DNA of 64,000 nucleotides from Deltaproteobacteria bacterium (GCA_018657625.1 JABHWU010000124.1:15277-79276), one strand, 5' to 3'; positions 1-10,248 are shown, numbered from the stretch's first letter. Notes: a model not told the origin generated them from the sequence alone. A program made the numbers and translations.

Positions 1-714
1 CCAGTTCGAATAGAGTTCTATATGATTTTTTTTGAGAAATGTTAAGTCTTTCTTTATTTTTGGAAGAAAGTCTTTCAATATAATTGTTTCGGGAATATAC
101 CAATAAGGATTTAAAACGATGTAAAGGATTTTTTCACTAAAAAGCGGGGTTTGACGATAATCTTTTCCAACAATAACACGCATTTCCTGAATAATATGTG
201 ACTTTTCGATAACACTCAGTTTTAAATCAGCGATATTAACCAGAATATGCTGAGGGTCGCTAGTCCCATTTTTCCAAAGCTTTCGGTTTAAATTACTTTT
301 GATCTGTTTTACCCGGTGCTCTACTGAAACATTTAAAGCTTCCTGAGTCATTCTGCCAACCAGTCCATCAACTAAGAGACCATGACGGTGTTGAAAACGC
401 TTTACCGCTTTAAGTAGATTCGCATCGAATTTATTATTTGATTTTGACTCTGGATTTAAATCTCCAGATAGCAGAAGCCTTTTTCGAAGTATAGAGATTC
501 GTTTTAAATCAGAACTTCCTTGTCGCAAAGTTTTTCCGTTATCAAGCAGAGGCCAGCCACCTTTCCGAGAAATATTTTGATATTTTTTCAAAACTAGTTG
601 AAGCTTGAATTGAAAGGGATATTTGGAAGAGCTTGCGGAAGTATCATTGGGTATAAACAAAATAGAGAAATTTAAAAAAGTGAGGAAGCTAAGAATAAAA
701 ACTAGATAATGCAT
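1..714 (-). CDS. L,D-transpeptidase (YkuD/YcbB family) with putative peptidoglycan-binding domain; partial, C-terminus beyond window start
   Basis: Reverse-strand reading from ATG at 714 gives MHYLVFILSF... with a PG_binding_1-like segment (LLKAVKRFQHRHGLLVDGLVGRMTQEAL) and a YcbB/YkuD-like segment (MRVIVGKDYRQTPLFSEKILYIVLNPYWYIPETI). No stop before the window edge. Not in the supplied ORF track because it is incomplete. Confidence 0.55.
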   Translation of the reverse strand, partial: MHYLVFILSFLTFLNFSILFIPNDTSASSSKYPFQFKLQLVLKKYQNISRKGGWPLLDNGKTLRQGSSDLKRISILRKRLLLSGDLNPESKSNNKFDANLLKAVKRFQHRHGLLVDGLVGRMTQEALNVSVEHRVKQIKSNLNRKLWKNGTSDPQHILVNIADLKLSVIEKSHIIQEMRVIVGKDYRQTPLFSEKILYIVLNPYWYIPETIILKDFLPKIKKDLTFLKKNHIELYSNW

Positions 715-1392
715 ATTTTCCTTTAAAATTAATAAAAACATGAATCGAGTATTAAGACTATTCTACAGTTTAAAGCAGAGTGATTTATTGTGTCTAAATT
801 CCTAACATCTCCTTCTTAATCACTAAAGTAGAATATTATGGTAATAGATGATTTCATCAACTAATAAGAAAATTAGGTAATATTTAACTTAAATTTATGG
901 AATAAAACTAATTCTATAAAACAAATAGGATATCGCTTTAAGTCAATTTAACTTTTATTATAGCGGTTTTCCAAACTTGTCTCTCCATCGGGTCCCTGAT
1001 CACTGAATTTGCGACACTTTGAGCAAAGAACGAAGGGTGAATCCGATAATATGCTTCGACTTCGCTCAGCATACTGATAGGGGCAACTTATTCAAATTTC
1101 AGGAAAAGGAACTTTATAATAATGCCAGATATTTGTGAGGTCATTCATATTTTTCCAAAATTAGTTAAGAATGAACAAGTTAAGGTTGCTTTCAACATGA
1201 TTTAGAACAACAATGAAAGGTATCAAACTAAGAGATCTTTTTTTCATAGAATTCAAAGGAGATTTTTATTTTTTTATCAATTAACAATTATCATTTATCA
1301 TGGACTTAAAAAGAATCGGGAATATCAAGGGATCACTTCAGGCCAATGCCCCAAAAAGACCAAAGACCTCACAATTAATGCTGGGACACTAA

Positions 1393-3159
1393 ATGAACCA
1401 TCTTCGTTTCCTGTTAAGGTATATCCGAATCTATAAATTTCAATATTTTATCGGATTTGTATTTATTATTCTGACCAATTGGGTTTCTGTTAGTATCCCC
1501 AAATATCTGCAATTAAGTATCGATTTACTTTCGGAAAGTATCAGCGAGTTGCAGCATAGTCAGGATAAATTGTTTGAATACCTGGGAGTTATGTTTTTAA
1601 TGGCCCTTAGTCTTATTATCATTCGCACACTATCACGGATATTCTTTTTTAATCCTGGACGCGCCATTGAATACCGCATAAAAAACGATCTTTTTGATAA
1701 ACTTAACCATCTGAAAAAAGACTATTACGATCAAAACCCGACGGGAGCCATTATCTCACGAATTCAAAATGATATTACCGGTGTTCGAATCATTTGTGGA
1801 TTTGGGATGATGCAAATTTTCAACATTCTTAGCGCACTGTCATTTACGCCTTATAAAATGTGGGAACTGTCACCACGATTAACATTATATTGTGTAATAC
1901 CGATCATCGTGATCTTTATTTTTGTCCGATTTGGAATGTATTATGTGGTGAAGCATAGTCGAAAACGAATGAAAAATTTGCAGGATCTATCCAGTTTTAT
2001 TATCTCCGCTTTGGCAGGAATTGATATCATCAAAGGGTTTGATTTAGGGTCATGGTCAAGAAATGAATTCGGAGCGATTAACAAACTGCTGTTAAATATG
2101 TCTCTTCGGATCTCCTTTGTACGCTCCTTCTTAATGCCGCTGCTTCACAATCTGGAAAATGTGTTAAAAGCACTCATCCTGTTTGTTGGTGGGATGTTCG
2201 TGATTCAAGAGGATTTCACCATCGGTGAACTGACTGCCTTTATTGCTTACGCTGGTTTATTAACCTTGCCTATTATGGGCTTGGGTTGGCTAACAACAAT
2301 GATTCAACAAGGACTGGTCGGATTGGCTAGCTTAGAAACGATTCTTTCTCAAAAGATCCCTAAAGAGAGTATTAAAGAACTCCCCCCTGACATCTCATCC
2401 CACCTGTTTAATGAAGGCATTGAAGTAAAAAATCTTAATTTTCGCCATTCTGATACAGAGGACGATATTCTAAAAAACATCAGCTTTAAGATTAAACCAA
2501 ATCAAACAGTGGGGATTCTAGGTAAAATCGGCTCGGGAAAGACAACCTTAATCAATTGTTTAAACGCATATCTGCCCGTCAATGACAATAGTGTCTTCAT
2601 AGGTGGGCGTGATATTAATACTCTTGCTTTTTCCGATATCAACCGAATCATTCGTACTGTTAGCCAGGATGTATTTTTATTTTCTGATACCATTGAAAAC
2701 AATATTAAATTTGGCATCAATGACGAAATTAATCATGCCCATAACCCAATGGAAAAGGTGGTTTATGAAAGTGCCTTGCAAGAAGAGATTGATCGCTTTC
2801 CTGACCATATGGAGACAATTGTCGGCGAAAAAGGGATCATGCTTTCCGGAGGGCAGAAACAACGAATCAGTTTAGCAAGGTCCATGATGCAGCCCTGCGA
2901 TCTATTAATCCTGGATAATGTTTTATCGGCAGTGGATTATGAAACAGAGCGATTTCTGCTAAAACAAATTTTAAAACGGGAAACAGCAAAAAGCTTGTTA
3001 ATTATTTCTCATCGGGTTCAGGCTCTGGCAGGTGCTGATGAAATTCTGGTTTTTGAAAATGGAACCATTACCGAGAGAGGTACCCATCAACAACTAATTC
3101 ATCGTTCTGGTTTGTATCAGGAAACCTGGCGATTACAAAATAAATTGGATGAAAAGTAA
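1393..3159 (+). CDS. ABC exporter, fused permease/ATPase subunit (half of a heterodimer; Walker B catalytic Glu replaced by Asn)
   Basis: N-terminal 6-TM domain. Walker A GKIGSGKTT, signature LSGGQKQRISLARS, Walker B LLILDNVLSAVD (D-N instead of D-E), H-loop SHR. Overlaps the next ABC gene by 11 bp. Confidence 0.85.
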   Translation: MNHLRFLLRYIRIYKFQYFIGFVFIILTNWVSVSIPKYLQLSIDLLSESISELQHSQDKLFEYLGVMFLMALSLIIIRTLSRIFFFNPGRAIEYRIKNDLFDKLNHLKKDYYDQNPTGAIISRIQNDITGVRIICGFGMMQIFNILSALSFTPYKMWELSPRLTLYCVIPIIVIFIFVRFGMYYVVKHSRKRMKNLQDLSSFIISALAGIDIIKGFDLGSWSRNEFGAINKLLLNMSLRISFVRSFLMPLLHNLENVLKALILFVGGMFVIQEDFTIGELTAFIAYAGLLTLPIMGLGWLTTMIQQGLVGLASLETILSQKIPKESIKELPPDISSHLFNEGIEVKNLNFRHSDTEDDILKNISFKIKPNQTVGILGKIGSGKTTLINCLNAYLPVNDNSVFIGGRDINTLAFSDINRIIRTVSQDVFLFSDTIENNIKFGINDEINHAHNPMEKVVYESALQEEIDRFPDHMETIVGEKGIMLSGGQKQRISLARSMMQPCDLLILDNVLSAVDYETERFLLKQILKRETAKSLLIISHRVQALAGADEILVFENGTITERGTHQQLIHRSGLYQETWRLQNKLDEK

Positions 3160-4924
3160 GCGCTTTAAAAACAGCAATGATCTTCAATTACTCGGACGAT
3201 TTTTTACTTATCTCCGTCCCTATTCGCGATATGTCGTTGGTGCCCTGATGGCAATTCCTTTTGCTACAGGCGCGACCTTATTGGTTCCCTGGCTTATTGT
3301 TACCATTGTGGATGACTACATCACTAAATTTAATCAAACCGGGCTAATGTTGTTGGTCGGTTTTTTCGCGAGTGCTGTTTTGCTAGGGTATGTTGCTGAT
3401 GCAATTTATACCTACACTCTGCAAAAAGCTGGACAGTTAGCCATTGCGGATATGAGGCAAGATCTGTTTCGCCATAGCCTAACACTACCAAGAACTTACT
3501 TTGATAAGCACCCTATTGGTATTACACTCAGTCGTTTAACCAGTGACATGGAAGCCATTGGGGAATCATTAGCGATTGGTGTGCTATCACTAGTAACAGA
3601 CCTCATTAAGACAATTGCGCTGTTTGTTTTTCTCTTTTATTTAAGTTGGAAACTGGCCCTGGTGATCTTACTATTATTTCCCGTCATTTATTTTGTTGTC
3701 AGCCTTCTTAGAAAAAAGTTGCGCTACTATTTTAACCTGAGTCGTGAATCATTGGCTTCAGCAACAGCCTTCCTTCAGGAATGCTTAAATGGTATCAAAA
3801 CAATCCAATTATATGCCGCGGAAAAAAAGGTATTAAAACAATTTGAGCAAAAAAATAGAAAATTCTTTCATTCTCAAACCCGATCCAATATTTATGATTC
3901 CACCTTATTCTCAATCATTGATGGTCTGACGTCGATGATGATGGTTCTCATTATCTGGTACGGTACCGATCAAATTTTTGAAGGAGCCATCACTATTGGA
4001 GTATTGATTGGATTCATCAATATTTTAAGTAAGATTTTTATACCAATTCGGGAATTTGCTCAACAGGTTGCGGTGATTCAACGTGCCTTGTCGGCGCTTC
4101 AGCACACCAATGATTTATTCTCCCAAACTTCTGAAGATGAGGATGATGGTGATGTTGATCCTAAAGTGGCAATAAAACTCAGCAGATTTCAGGAACTATG
4201 TTTTGAAAATGTCTCATTTAAATATAACGAAGATGGAATGACCGTCTTGAAAAATCTAACCTTTTGTTTAAAAAAAGGAGACCGCATTGCCATCGTGGGG
4301 GCTACGGGATCGGGAAAATCAACCATATTGAAACTGATCACAAAAGGGTATGGCAACTATGACGGTTCCATCACCATCAACGGCATAGAGTTATCAAGCA
4401 TTCCCAAAAAGACCTTATTAAGTTCTATCTCCATGATGCAACAGGATGTCTATCTCTTTAATACCGATTTGGCATTCAATATCGCACTAAATCGACCCCA
4501 TGTTGATCAGAAGAAAGTTCAGGAATCAGCAGAGTATGTTTATGCCCATGAATTTATCGACCAGTTACCGGATAAATATGGGTATCAAATCATAGATAAC
4601 GGAAAAAATCTGTCCGCTGGCCAAGCACAACTCATCTCATTTGCTCGTGCGATCGCGGGAGAAAGCGAACTAATTCTCCTGGATGAAGCAACTAGTTCTG
4701 TTGATTCGGTGACAGAAAACATGATTCAAAAGGCCATTGAGAAAATATTTCAGGAAAAAACAGTTATTGCCATTGCCCATCGCCTAAGTACGATTAGAAA
4801 TTCTGATATGATTCTGGTGATGAAAGAGGGAAGTATCATTGAAATGGGTGATCATGATAGCCTTCTGAATCAACAGGGTTATTATATTGAACTGCTGGAT
4901 AAAATGACCAAACAAAGCGCATAG
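3149..4924 (+). CDS. ABC exporter, fused permease/ATPase subunit (partner half; non-canonical LSAGQ signature)
   Basis: TM domain plus NBD: Walker A GATGSGKST, signature LSAGQAQLISFARA, Walker B ILLDEATSSVD, H-loop AHR. Translationally coupled to the upstream subunit. Confidence 0.85.
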   Translation: MKSKRFKNSNDLQLLGRFFTYLRPYSRYVVGALMAIPFATGATLLVPWLIVTIVDDYITKFNQTGLMLLVGFFASAVLLGYVADAIYTYTLQKAGQLAIADMRQDLFRHSLTLPRTYFDKHPIGITLSRLTSDMEAIGESLAIGVLSLVTDLIKTIALFVFLFYLSWKLALVILLLFPVIYFVVSLLRKKLRYYFNLSRESLASATAFLQECLNGIKTIQLYAAEKKVLKQFEQKNRKFFHSQTRSNIYDSTLFSIIDGLTSMMMVLIIWYGTDQIFEGAITIGVLIGFINILSKIFIPIREFAQQVAVIQRALSALQHTNDLFSQTSEDEDDGDVDPKVAIKLSRFQELCFENVSFKYNEDGMTVLKNLTFCLKKGDRIAIVGATGSGKSTILKLITKGYGNYDGSITINGIELSSIPKKTLLSSISMMQQDVYLFNTDLAFNIALNRPHVDQKKVQESAEYVYAHEFIDQLPDKYGYQIIDNGKNLSAGQAQLISFARAIAGESELILLDEATSSVDSVTENMIQKAIEKIFQEKTVIAIAHRLSTIRNSDMILVMKEGSIIEMGDHDSLLNQQGYYIELLDKMTKQSA

Positions 4925-4982
4925 TCACCAATTTTATTTCAAAATAAAATCGCAATATTGCAACTACGTCCCCCAGTAATAG

Positions 4983-5047
4983 AAAAAAATAAAACAGCTT
5001 AGGCTCAGCCATTCGAAATTTATAAACTGAGCCTGCACTATTTTTTA
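4983..5047. terminator. bidirectional rho-independent terminator between convergent genes
   Basis: Stem aggctcag (5001-5008) / ctgagcct (5027-5034) flanked by T-runs on both strands (ttttttac on +, A-run 4983-4997 giving U-run on -). Confidence 0.5.
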
Positions 5048-5049
5048 CT

Positions 5050-5511
5050 TTAATCTCCTTGTTGAGCCATATAATCATCATACATCGTTTCAAAATAGTT
5101 TTTATGTTTCGCCTCTTCCTGGGCCATTATTGAAAAAACATTCTTTTGCTCCGATTTTTCAGCTGCTTGTGCCATTTCCGTATATAATTTATAAGCTTTT
5201 TCTTCACGCTTCATTGCCACCCGTACAATATCGACATAAGACATTCCTGGGCGATATTCCATATCAACGAGATAATCACTTCGCTTGAGATTTTGAACCT
5301 TTTCAAAAAGGTAGCTTTCAATTTTAGCCTGATTGTCTTTCAGGTGTTTTAACATACGCTCATGCTTTCGTTCCTCCTGAGCATATTCTTTTAACATATT
5401 AACAATCCCCTTGGTACCCTCATTTTCAGCTGCATTTTCATAAAATTCTGCTGCCTCTATTTCCGATTTAATTGCAAAGTCAATGATATCGTTAGTTGAA
5501 GTAAATTCCAT
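5050..5511 (-). CDS. ferritin-like / rubrerythrin-family small protein
   Basis: 153 aa, highly helical, repeated E-rich motifs (EIEAAEFYENAAE ... AQEEAKHKNYFETMYDDY) typical of ferritin-like diiron four-helix bundles. Family assignment is approximate. Confidence 0.5.
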   Translation of the reverse strand: MEFTSTNDIIDFAIKSEIEAAEFYENAAENEGTKGIVNMLKEYAQEERKHERMLKHLKDNQAKIESYLFEKVQNLKRSDYLVDMEYRPGMSYVDIVRVAMKREEKAYKLYTEMAQAAEKSEQKNVFSIMAQEEAKHKNYFETMYDDYMAQQGD

Positions 5512-5805
5512 TTAATCTCCTTGGTATTTAACATTTTAAAAAAATTACAGTAGCTTGGATGACTTAGTTTAGTTAACAAACTGCCGGTTTTAATGATTTG
5601 ATTTCCGTAATTTACTTTTTTCCAACTCTGGGATCGGAAACCGAATCAATAGTTAGATTAATTGTCCTAACAGTACTTTATCTTAGTTTGCGAATCATTA
5701 ATTAAGTAGTGAATAGAATTTTAATATAGAATGGGATTAGTTTATAATCAAATATAAAATTTGTCTACTGCGATAGATCGGTTTTCAGAGCTAGCTGATT
5801 CAACT

Positions 5806-6828
5806 TTAAAAACGGTCAATACCAATTAATTCGATGTCAAAAATCAGTGTCGCATTTTTAGGAATCAGTTTCCCCACTCTTCTGGTACCATAAGCCAACT
5901 CCGGTGGGATGAAAAATCTCCATTTCCCGCCTTCTTTCATCAATAAGATTCCCTCCTTCCAACCTTTTATAACACTATTTAAATTGATTAGTGTTGCTTG
6001 CTGATCCTGATAGGAGTTGCTAACTTCTGTGCCATCGGTTAATCGTCCGATATAATGGACATAAACATAATCATACGCTACCGGCTGACTACCGGAGCCC
6101 TGTTTAATGATTTTATATTGTAAACCACTGGATAAAACAATCACATTTTCCTGGTTTTTGTTTTGCTCCAGAAAATCAGACCCTGATTGACTCAATTTCT
6201 CTTTTTGCTGTAATTCAGTAATTTTTTGATTAATAAATTCGGTCCTAAAATTGTAATCGATACCAACTGCAACAAAATACCCTATGAACAATGACAACAG
6301 ACCCAACATTACAAATCTACGATCAGTAAAAATCACAGATTCTTTTATAAAGTTACCGATATTACCTAATATCTCTTTAAAGGGGACCGGTAATGCCATC
6401 TTATGAGAAATCAAAAGACCTACCACGCAGAGGTAAAGAATCGAACACATAATACAAACTTTCCCTAACATTAAAACAGATGCCCCGGCCTCAAACAGAG
6501 AAAACAAAAACATCAATATTGTGATCAGATAGGAAAAAGACAGGTAAATATTTAAACGTTTGGGATCAAAAACCTTTGCGAAAAGCAGTAACATCAATAA
6601 AACTGAATATCCGAAAACACCCAAAGTTGCGACAGGAAACTGACCGAGCATAGCGAAGGAACTTAATGCCACTTCGTCACAATCTAAAACCGCATTAACA
6701 GAGCAAAAACTTGCAACTTCCGGATGTAAAATATTGACCAAATAGTGGTGATATACCAAATAAGCGGAATCAATCGTACCACCTAGAAAAAGAAAGAGCG
6801 TCAAGAAAAACCAGTTTTTTTTAATCAT
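5806..6828 (-). CDS. vitamin K epoxide reductase (VKOR) domain fused to FKBP-type peptidyl-prolyl cis-trans isomerase
   Basis: N-terminal multi-TM region with loop Cys pair (FCSVNAVLDCDE) and in-membrane CxxC (KVCIMCSILY), as in VKOR. C-terminal segment (VHYIGRLTDGTEVSNS...KGWKEGILLMKEGGKWRFFIPPELAYG...ATLIFDIELIGI) is a clear FKBP domain. Confidence 0.7.
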   Translation of the reverse strand: MIKKNWFFLTLFLFLGGTIDSAYLVYHHYLVNILHPEVASFCSVNAVLDCDEVALSSFAMLGQFPVATLGVFGYSVLLMLLLFAKVFDPKRLNIYLSFSYLITILMFLFSLFEAGASVLMLGKVCIMCSILYLCVVGLLISHKMALPVPFKEILGNIGNFIKESVIFTDRRFVMLGLLSLFIGYFVAVGIDYNFRTEFINQKITELQQKEKLSQSGSDFLEQNKNQENVIVLSSGLQYKIIKQGSGSQPVAYDYVYVHYIGRLTDGTEVSNSYQDQQATLINLNSVIKGWKEGILLMKEGGKWRFFIPPELAYGTRRVGKLIPKNATLIFDIELIGIDRF

Positions 6829-7129
6829 TTTTTATAATTTCGTTTTTAATCACAATTGTCATTGTAACAACTTAGAAGATAAGTGTTTATTATGTTAGGT
6901 ATTTACACAAAATCAGTGGACACGTAATATATCTTCTAATTTAAAAGAATCCATAAATTAAGAAATTGATAAGATTCTAAAGACGATGAGGTTAATTTGA
7001 AAAGGGTTTAATCAATATTTTTTGATGCAGATTGGCAAAATCTTTTATTTAAGGCTTATCAAATTAAAAAAAAACACCTAATGAAGTAATTTAAATTCAA
7101 TACTGTCCTAACCACTAAAAAAGCTTATT

Positions 7130-8005
7130 ATGCAGCAGTCAGATACAATCCAACGATTTATTTTTGATCAAAAAGATATCAGAGGTGAAATTGTCCACCT
7201 AAATAAAAGTTACCAAAAAGCCATCCATGGGCATGAATATCCAGCTGTCATTCAGACACTATTAGCGGATGCTTTAGTATCAGTAACGCTGCTATCTGCC
7301 ACCTTAAAATTTAAAGGTCGGCTGAGTATTCAGTTACAAGGTGGAGATACCATTTCTCTGTTACTGGTTCAGATCACTCATAATCAGGAAATGCGTGCTA
7401 CCATAAAGTGGGAGGGGGATACAGAAAACAAAGCGTTAACTGAATTAATTAAAAATGCAAATCTGGTGATAACCATTGAGCCGGAGGAAGGTCAGCGTTA
7501 TCAGGGAATAGTACCATTAAAAGGGGATCGTTTTAATCAGTTTATCGAAAAATACTTTGAACAATCTGAACAGTTACCCACCAGAATCTGGTTAGTTTCT
7601 GATCAACAGCACACGGCGGGTTTATTACTGCAAAGACTACCGGAAAAAGAAAATCAAATTCGGTCAAATGAACAGGATTGGGAGCATTTTACAATTTTAA
7701 CAGAAACACTTAAAGACACAGAATTACTTAATTTACCAAATAGTGAATTATTATACCGATTATATCACAGTGAAACCGTTAAAATTTTTAAGCCACAAAC
7801 AGTTCAATATGTTTGCGGCTGTTCCAGGGAAAAATGTGAAAATGCAATTATCAGCTTAGGTCCACAAGAAATTGAAAGCATCAAAAAAGAAGAAGAATTT
7901 ATCGAAATTAAATGTGACTTTTGCAATAAAAATTATCATTTCGATATTGTTGACTTAACTCGCTTACAGAACTTGTCAGAGGAAAAATTCCAAAAAAATT
8001 CCTGA
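7130..8005 (+). CDS. hslO: Hsp33 redox-regulated chaperone
   Basis: 291 aa. C-terminal zinc-centre motif CGCS...C-x27-CDFC. N-terminal Hsp33 core similarity. Confidence 0.85.
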   Translation: MQQSDTIQRFIFDQKDIRGEIVHLNKSYQKAIHGHEYPAVIQTLLADALVSVTLLSATLKFKGRLSIQLQGGDTISLLLVQITHNQEMRATIKWEGDTENKALTELIKNANLVITIEPEEGQRYQGIVPLKGDRFNQFIEKYFEQSEQLPTRIWLVSDQQHTAGLLLQRLPEKENQIRSNEQDWEHFTILTETLKDTELLNLPNSELLYRLYHSETVKIFKPQTVQYVCGCSREKCENAIISLGPQEIESIKKEEEFIEIKCDFCNKNYHFDIVDLTRLQNLSEEKFQKNS

Positions 8006-8008
8006 ATT

Positions 8009-9130
8009 TTAAATGATAAAGCCAAGTTTCTTTAATTGTTCTTCTACCTTTTCAGAGCCATTGGATAATCTCACCTTGTAATTGTTGAATTCCCGTCGGA
8101 TCGGATAATCTCCGCGTTGTTTTTCAAAAGTACTCGTTGATTGACGTAGTTTTTCATCATCTTTTTCAATGGGATAAGTATAATGAACGGCTTCAAACAA
8201 AATCTGTTCATCTGGCTTTCCCTTACCATCTATCGATATTTCCATTGCATGAGGTACTGGAATATCAGGACATTTCCATTTATTCAAATCCAAATTAAAA
8301 AACTGACTTAATGCTCTAACACTGTTTTCTGTTCCATTGACTTTTCCATCTGCAGAATATCCGGCAATGTGTGGCGTGGTAATTTTACATAAATCCATTA
8401 ATTCCAGATCAATGGTTGGCTCATTTTCCCATACATCCAGAACTGCTCCTTGAACCTGGTTTAAGTTCAAGGCAGATTTTAAAACCTGATTATCGATTAC
8501 CTCACCCCGACAGGTACTCATTAAAAAAACTTTTGAAGAAACCTTATCAATAAAGGATTGATCTACCAAATGATAAGTTTGATCAACCCCTTCCCGGTTC
8601 AAAGGTACATGAAAACAGATAAAATCTGCATGAGCGATGATTTCTTTCAGAGAAACAAAAGGTCCACTATTTTCTTGACGGGCTCTGGGAGGGTCATTCA
8701 ATAAAACATTCATACCCAGAATTTCGGCAATTTTAGCAGTTTTACTACCAGTATTACCCACACCAACCACACCAAGTGTTTTTCCTTTTAGCTCAATCTG
8801 ATCATGAATATGTAGATAGAGTAAGGCTGCTGTCATGTATTGTTCAACTGATTTTGCGTTACATCCCGGTGCATTAACCCATTTAATATTATGAGCGCTA
8901 CAATAATCCTTATCAATATGGTCATATCCAATTGTTGCTGTCGCAATAAATTTTACCGAACTATTCTTCAATAATTGTTTATTGCATTTAGTACGGGTTC
9001 TAATTATGATGGCATCAGTATCTTTAACCATTTCATTATCTATCGCTCCACCCGGAGCATAAATCACTTTGCCATAGATTTCTAAAATCCCTCTGATAAA
9101 AGGAATTTTATCATCGACTACTATTTTCAT
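8009..9130 (-). CDS. pdxB: erythronate-4-phosphate dehydrogenase (D-2-hydroxyacid dehydrogenase family)
   Basis: 373 aa, near-collinear with E. coli PdxB: MKIVVD..., TATIGYDHID, APGCNA, GVVGVGNTG, DPPRA, HVPL, CRGEVIDNQ, LDVWENEP, HIAGYS. Confidence 0.75.
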   Translation of the reverse strand: MKIVVDDKIPFIRGILEIYGKVIYAPGGAIDNEMVKDTDAIIIRTRTKCNKQLLKNSSVKFIATATIGYDHIDKDYCSAHNIKWVNAPGCNAKSVEQYMTAALLYLHIHDQIELKGKTLGVVGVGNTGSKTAKIAEILGMNVLLNDPPRARQENSGPFVSLKEIIAHADFICFHVPLNREGVDQTYHLVDQSFIDKVSSKVFLMSTCRGEVIDNQVLKSALNLNQVQGAVLDVWENEPTIDLELMDLCKITTPHIAGYSADGKVNGTENSVRALSQFFNLDLNKWKCPDIPVPHAMEISIDGKGKPDEQILFEAVHYTYPIEKDDEKLRQSTSTFEKQRGDYPIRREFNNYKVRLSNGSEKVEEQLKKLGFII

Positions 9131-9263
9131 TTAGAGGCTCCTGTTTACGACGTACTAACTCCAGTAAGCATTCAAATCGCTAGTACTAGTCAAATAAAAT
9201 AGAAAATTTTCAGATTTTGTTGGATGGAATGTCTGCCAAAAACAAGCAGACAATGGGCGGTTA

Positions 9264-9518
9264 TTATATATCCAGATAGGCCATATCGAAATTAGCGATT
9301 GGGATCTCTCCCTCTTGTGCTCGTTGAGTACCCTGATCAAGCTCAAAATCGCTGATAACGGCCTGATGCATTTCGACGGCTAAAGTTTTATCACACATTT
9401 TATAAGCTAAAGTCTTTCCCTGATTTAGCCTTAGTACATTATAGTTACTTCTATCTACTGTTGCTGTATTTTTGGTTTTAAATAAGTCTGCTAATAGTAA
9501 ATCTTTTATATCCTGCAT
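9264..9518 (-). CDS. hypothetical small protein (84 aa), coding status uncertain
   Basis: Only ORF of reasonable composition in a 650 bp intergenic gap. No recognisable motifs. Confidence 0.25.
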   Translation of the reverse strand: MQDIKDLLLADLFKTKNTATVDRSNYNVLRLNQGKTLAYKMCDKTLAVEMHQAVISDFELDQGTQRAQEGEIPIANFDMAYLDI

Positions 9519-9783
9519 TTCTCCCCTGTAAGTTAAAAATTCACTAAACTCTAATAGTATGACGTCATATCGTCAAGATTCATATTAGGATCAGTAAAAG
9601 GCAAGTCCAGTCGCCGTTTCAAGCTGATAAGAGTTTTTAGAACGTAAATAAATAACAAGTAATCTTATTAATGACCTTAATTTTCAAACGCTACTGACTT
9701 ATCAATAACACAAGAGATAAGCAGAGTCACGAAATAAATTTTGATTGTGTAAAAAAACTTTGACACAAATTGAAATTATTATT

Positions 9784-10248
9784 TTATTTTTTAGATTCTT
9801 TCCCGGTCATTTGATTGACAACAATTTTTACCAATGTCACACCATTTAATGCATTCTCTCCGTATTCAAACTGATTTTCAGAATACTGTTTCATAATCAG
9901 GTCCATACCTTTTATCTTTTCCTGCTTGTCTAAAACAATCTCCGCCTTTCCCGAAGCAATGATACTTTCATAAGTAGCACTCCAGTTACAAGCTTTCCCC
10001 TTAGGATCAGATACAATGCCAATTTCATCATCAATTTCAATACACACTAAGGGATTTTTTTGAATGATTTCCAGTTTCTTGCCCTCATTGGCACTATGAA
10101 AATAAAATACATGATTTAAATATCCAAAATTTAAAGGAATAATATAGGGTTGATTCCCATCGCATAATGCCAGTCGCATTACTTTTGCTTTTTTAATAAT
10201 GCTTTCTATCACTGACAGGTCTTTAATTTCTTTTTCATTTCTACGCAT
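9784..10248 (-). CDS. pyridoxamine 5'-phosphate oxidase-like FMN-binding family protein
   Basis: 154 aa with PNPOx-like split-barrel pattern (AKVMRLALCDGNQPYIIPLNFGY...VFYFHSANEGKK). Confidence 0.65.
   Translation of the reverse strand: MRRNEKEIKDLSVIESIIKKAKVMRLALCDGNQPYIIPLNFGYLNHVFYFHSANEGKKLEIIQKNPLVCIEIDDEIGIVSDPKGKACNWSATYESIIASGKAEIVLDKQEKIKGMDLIMKQYSENQFEYGENALNGVTLVKIVVNQMTGKESKK

Noticed and set aside
1-20. tRNA-like T-loop sequence ccagttcgaat at the window edge
   Set aside because: It is only a partial GTTCGAAT match. The adjacent sequence cannot form acceptor or T stems, and it lies inside the partial L,D-transpeptidase coding frame.
2502-2875. Nested ORFs (61-90 aa) inside and antisense to the first ABC exporter gene
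   Set aside because: Fully contained in a well-supported CDS. No motifs. Typical six-frame noise in AT-rich DNA.
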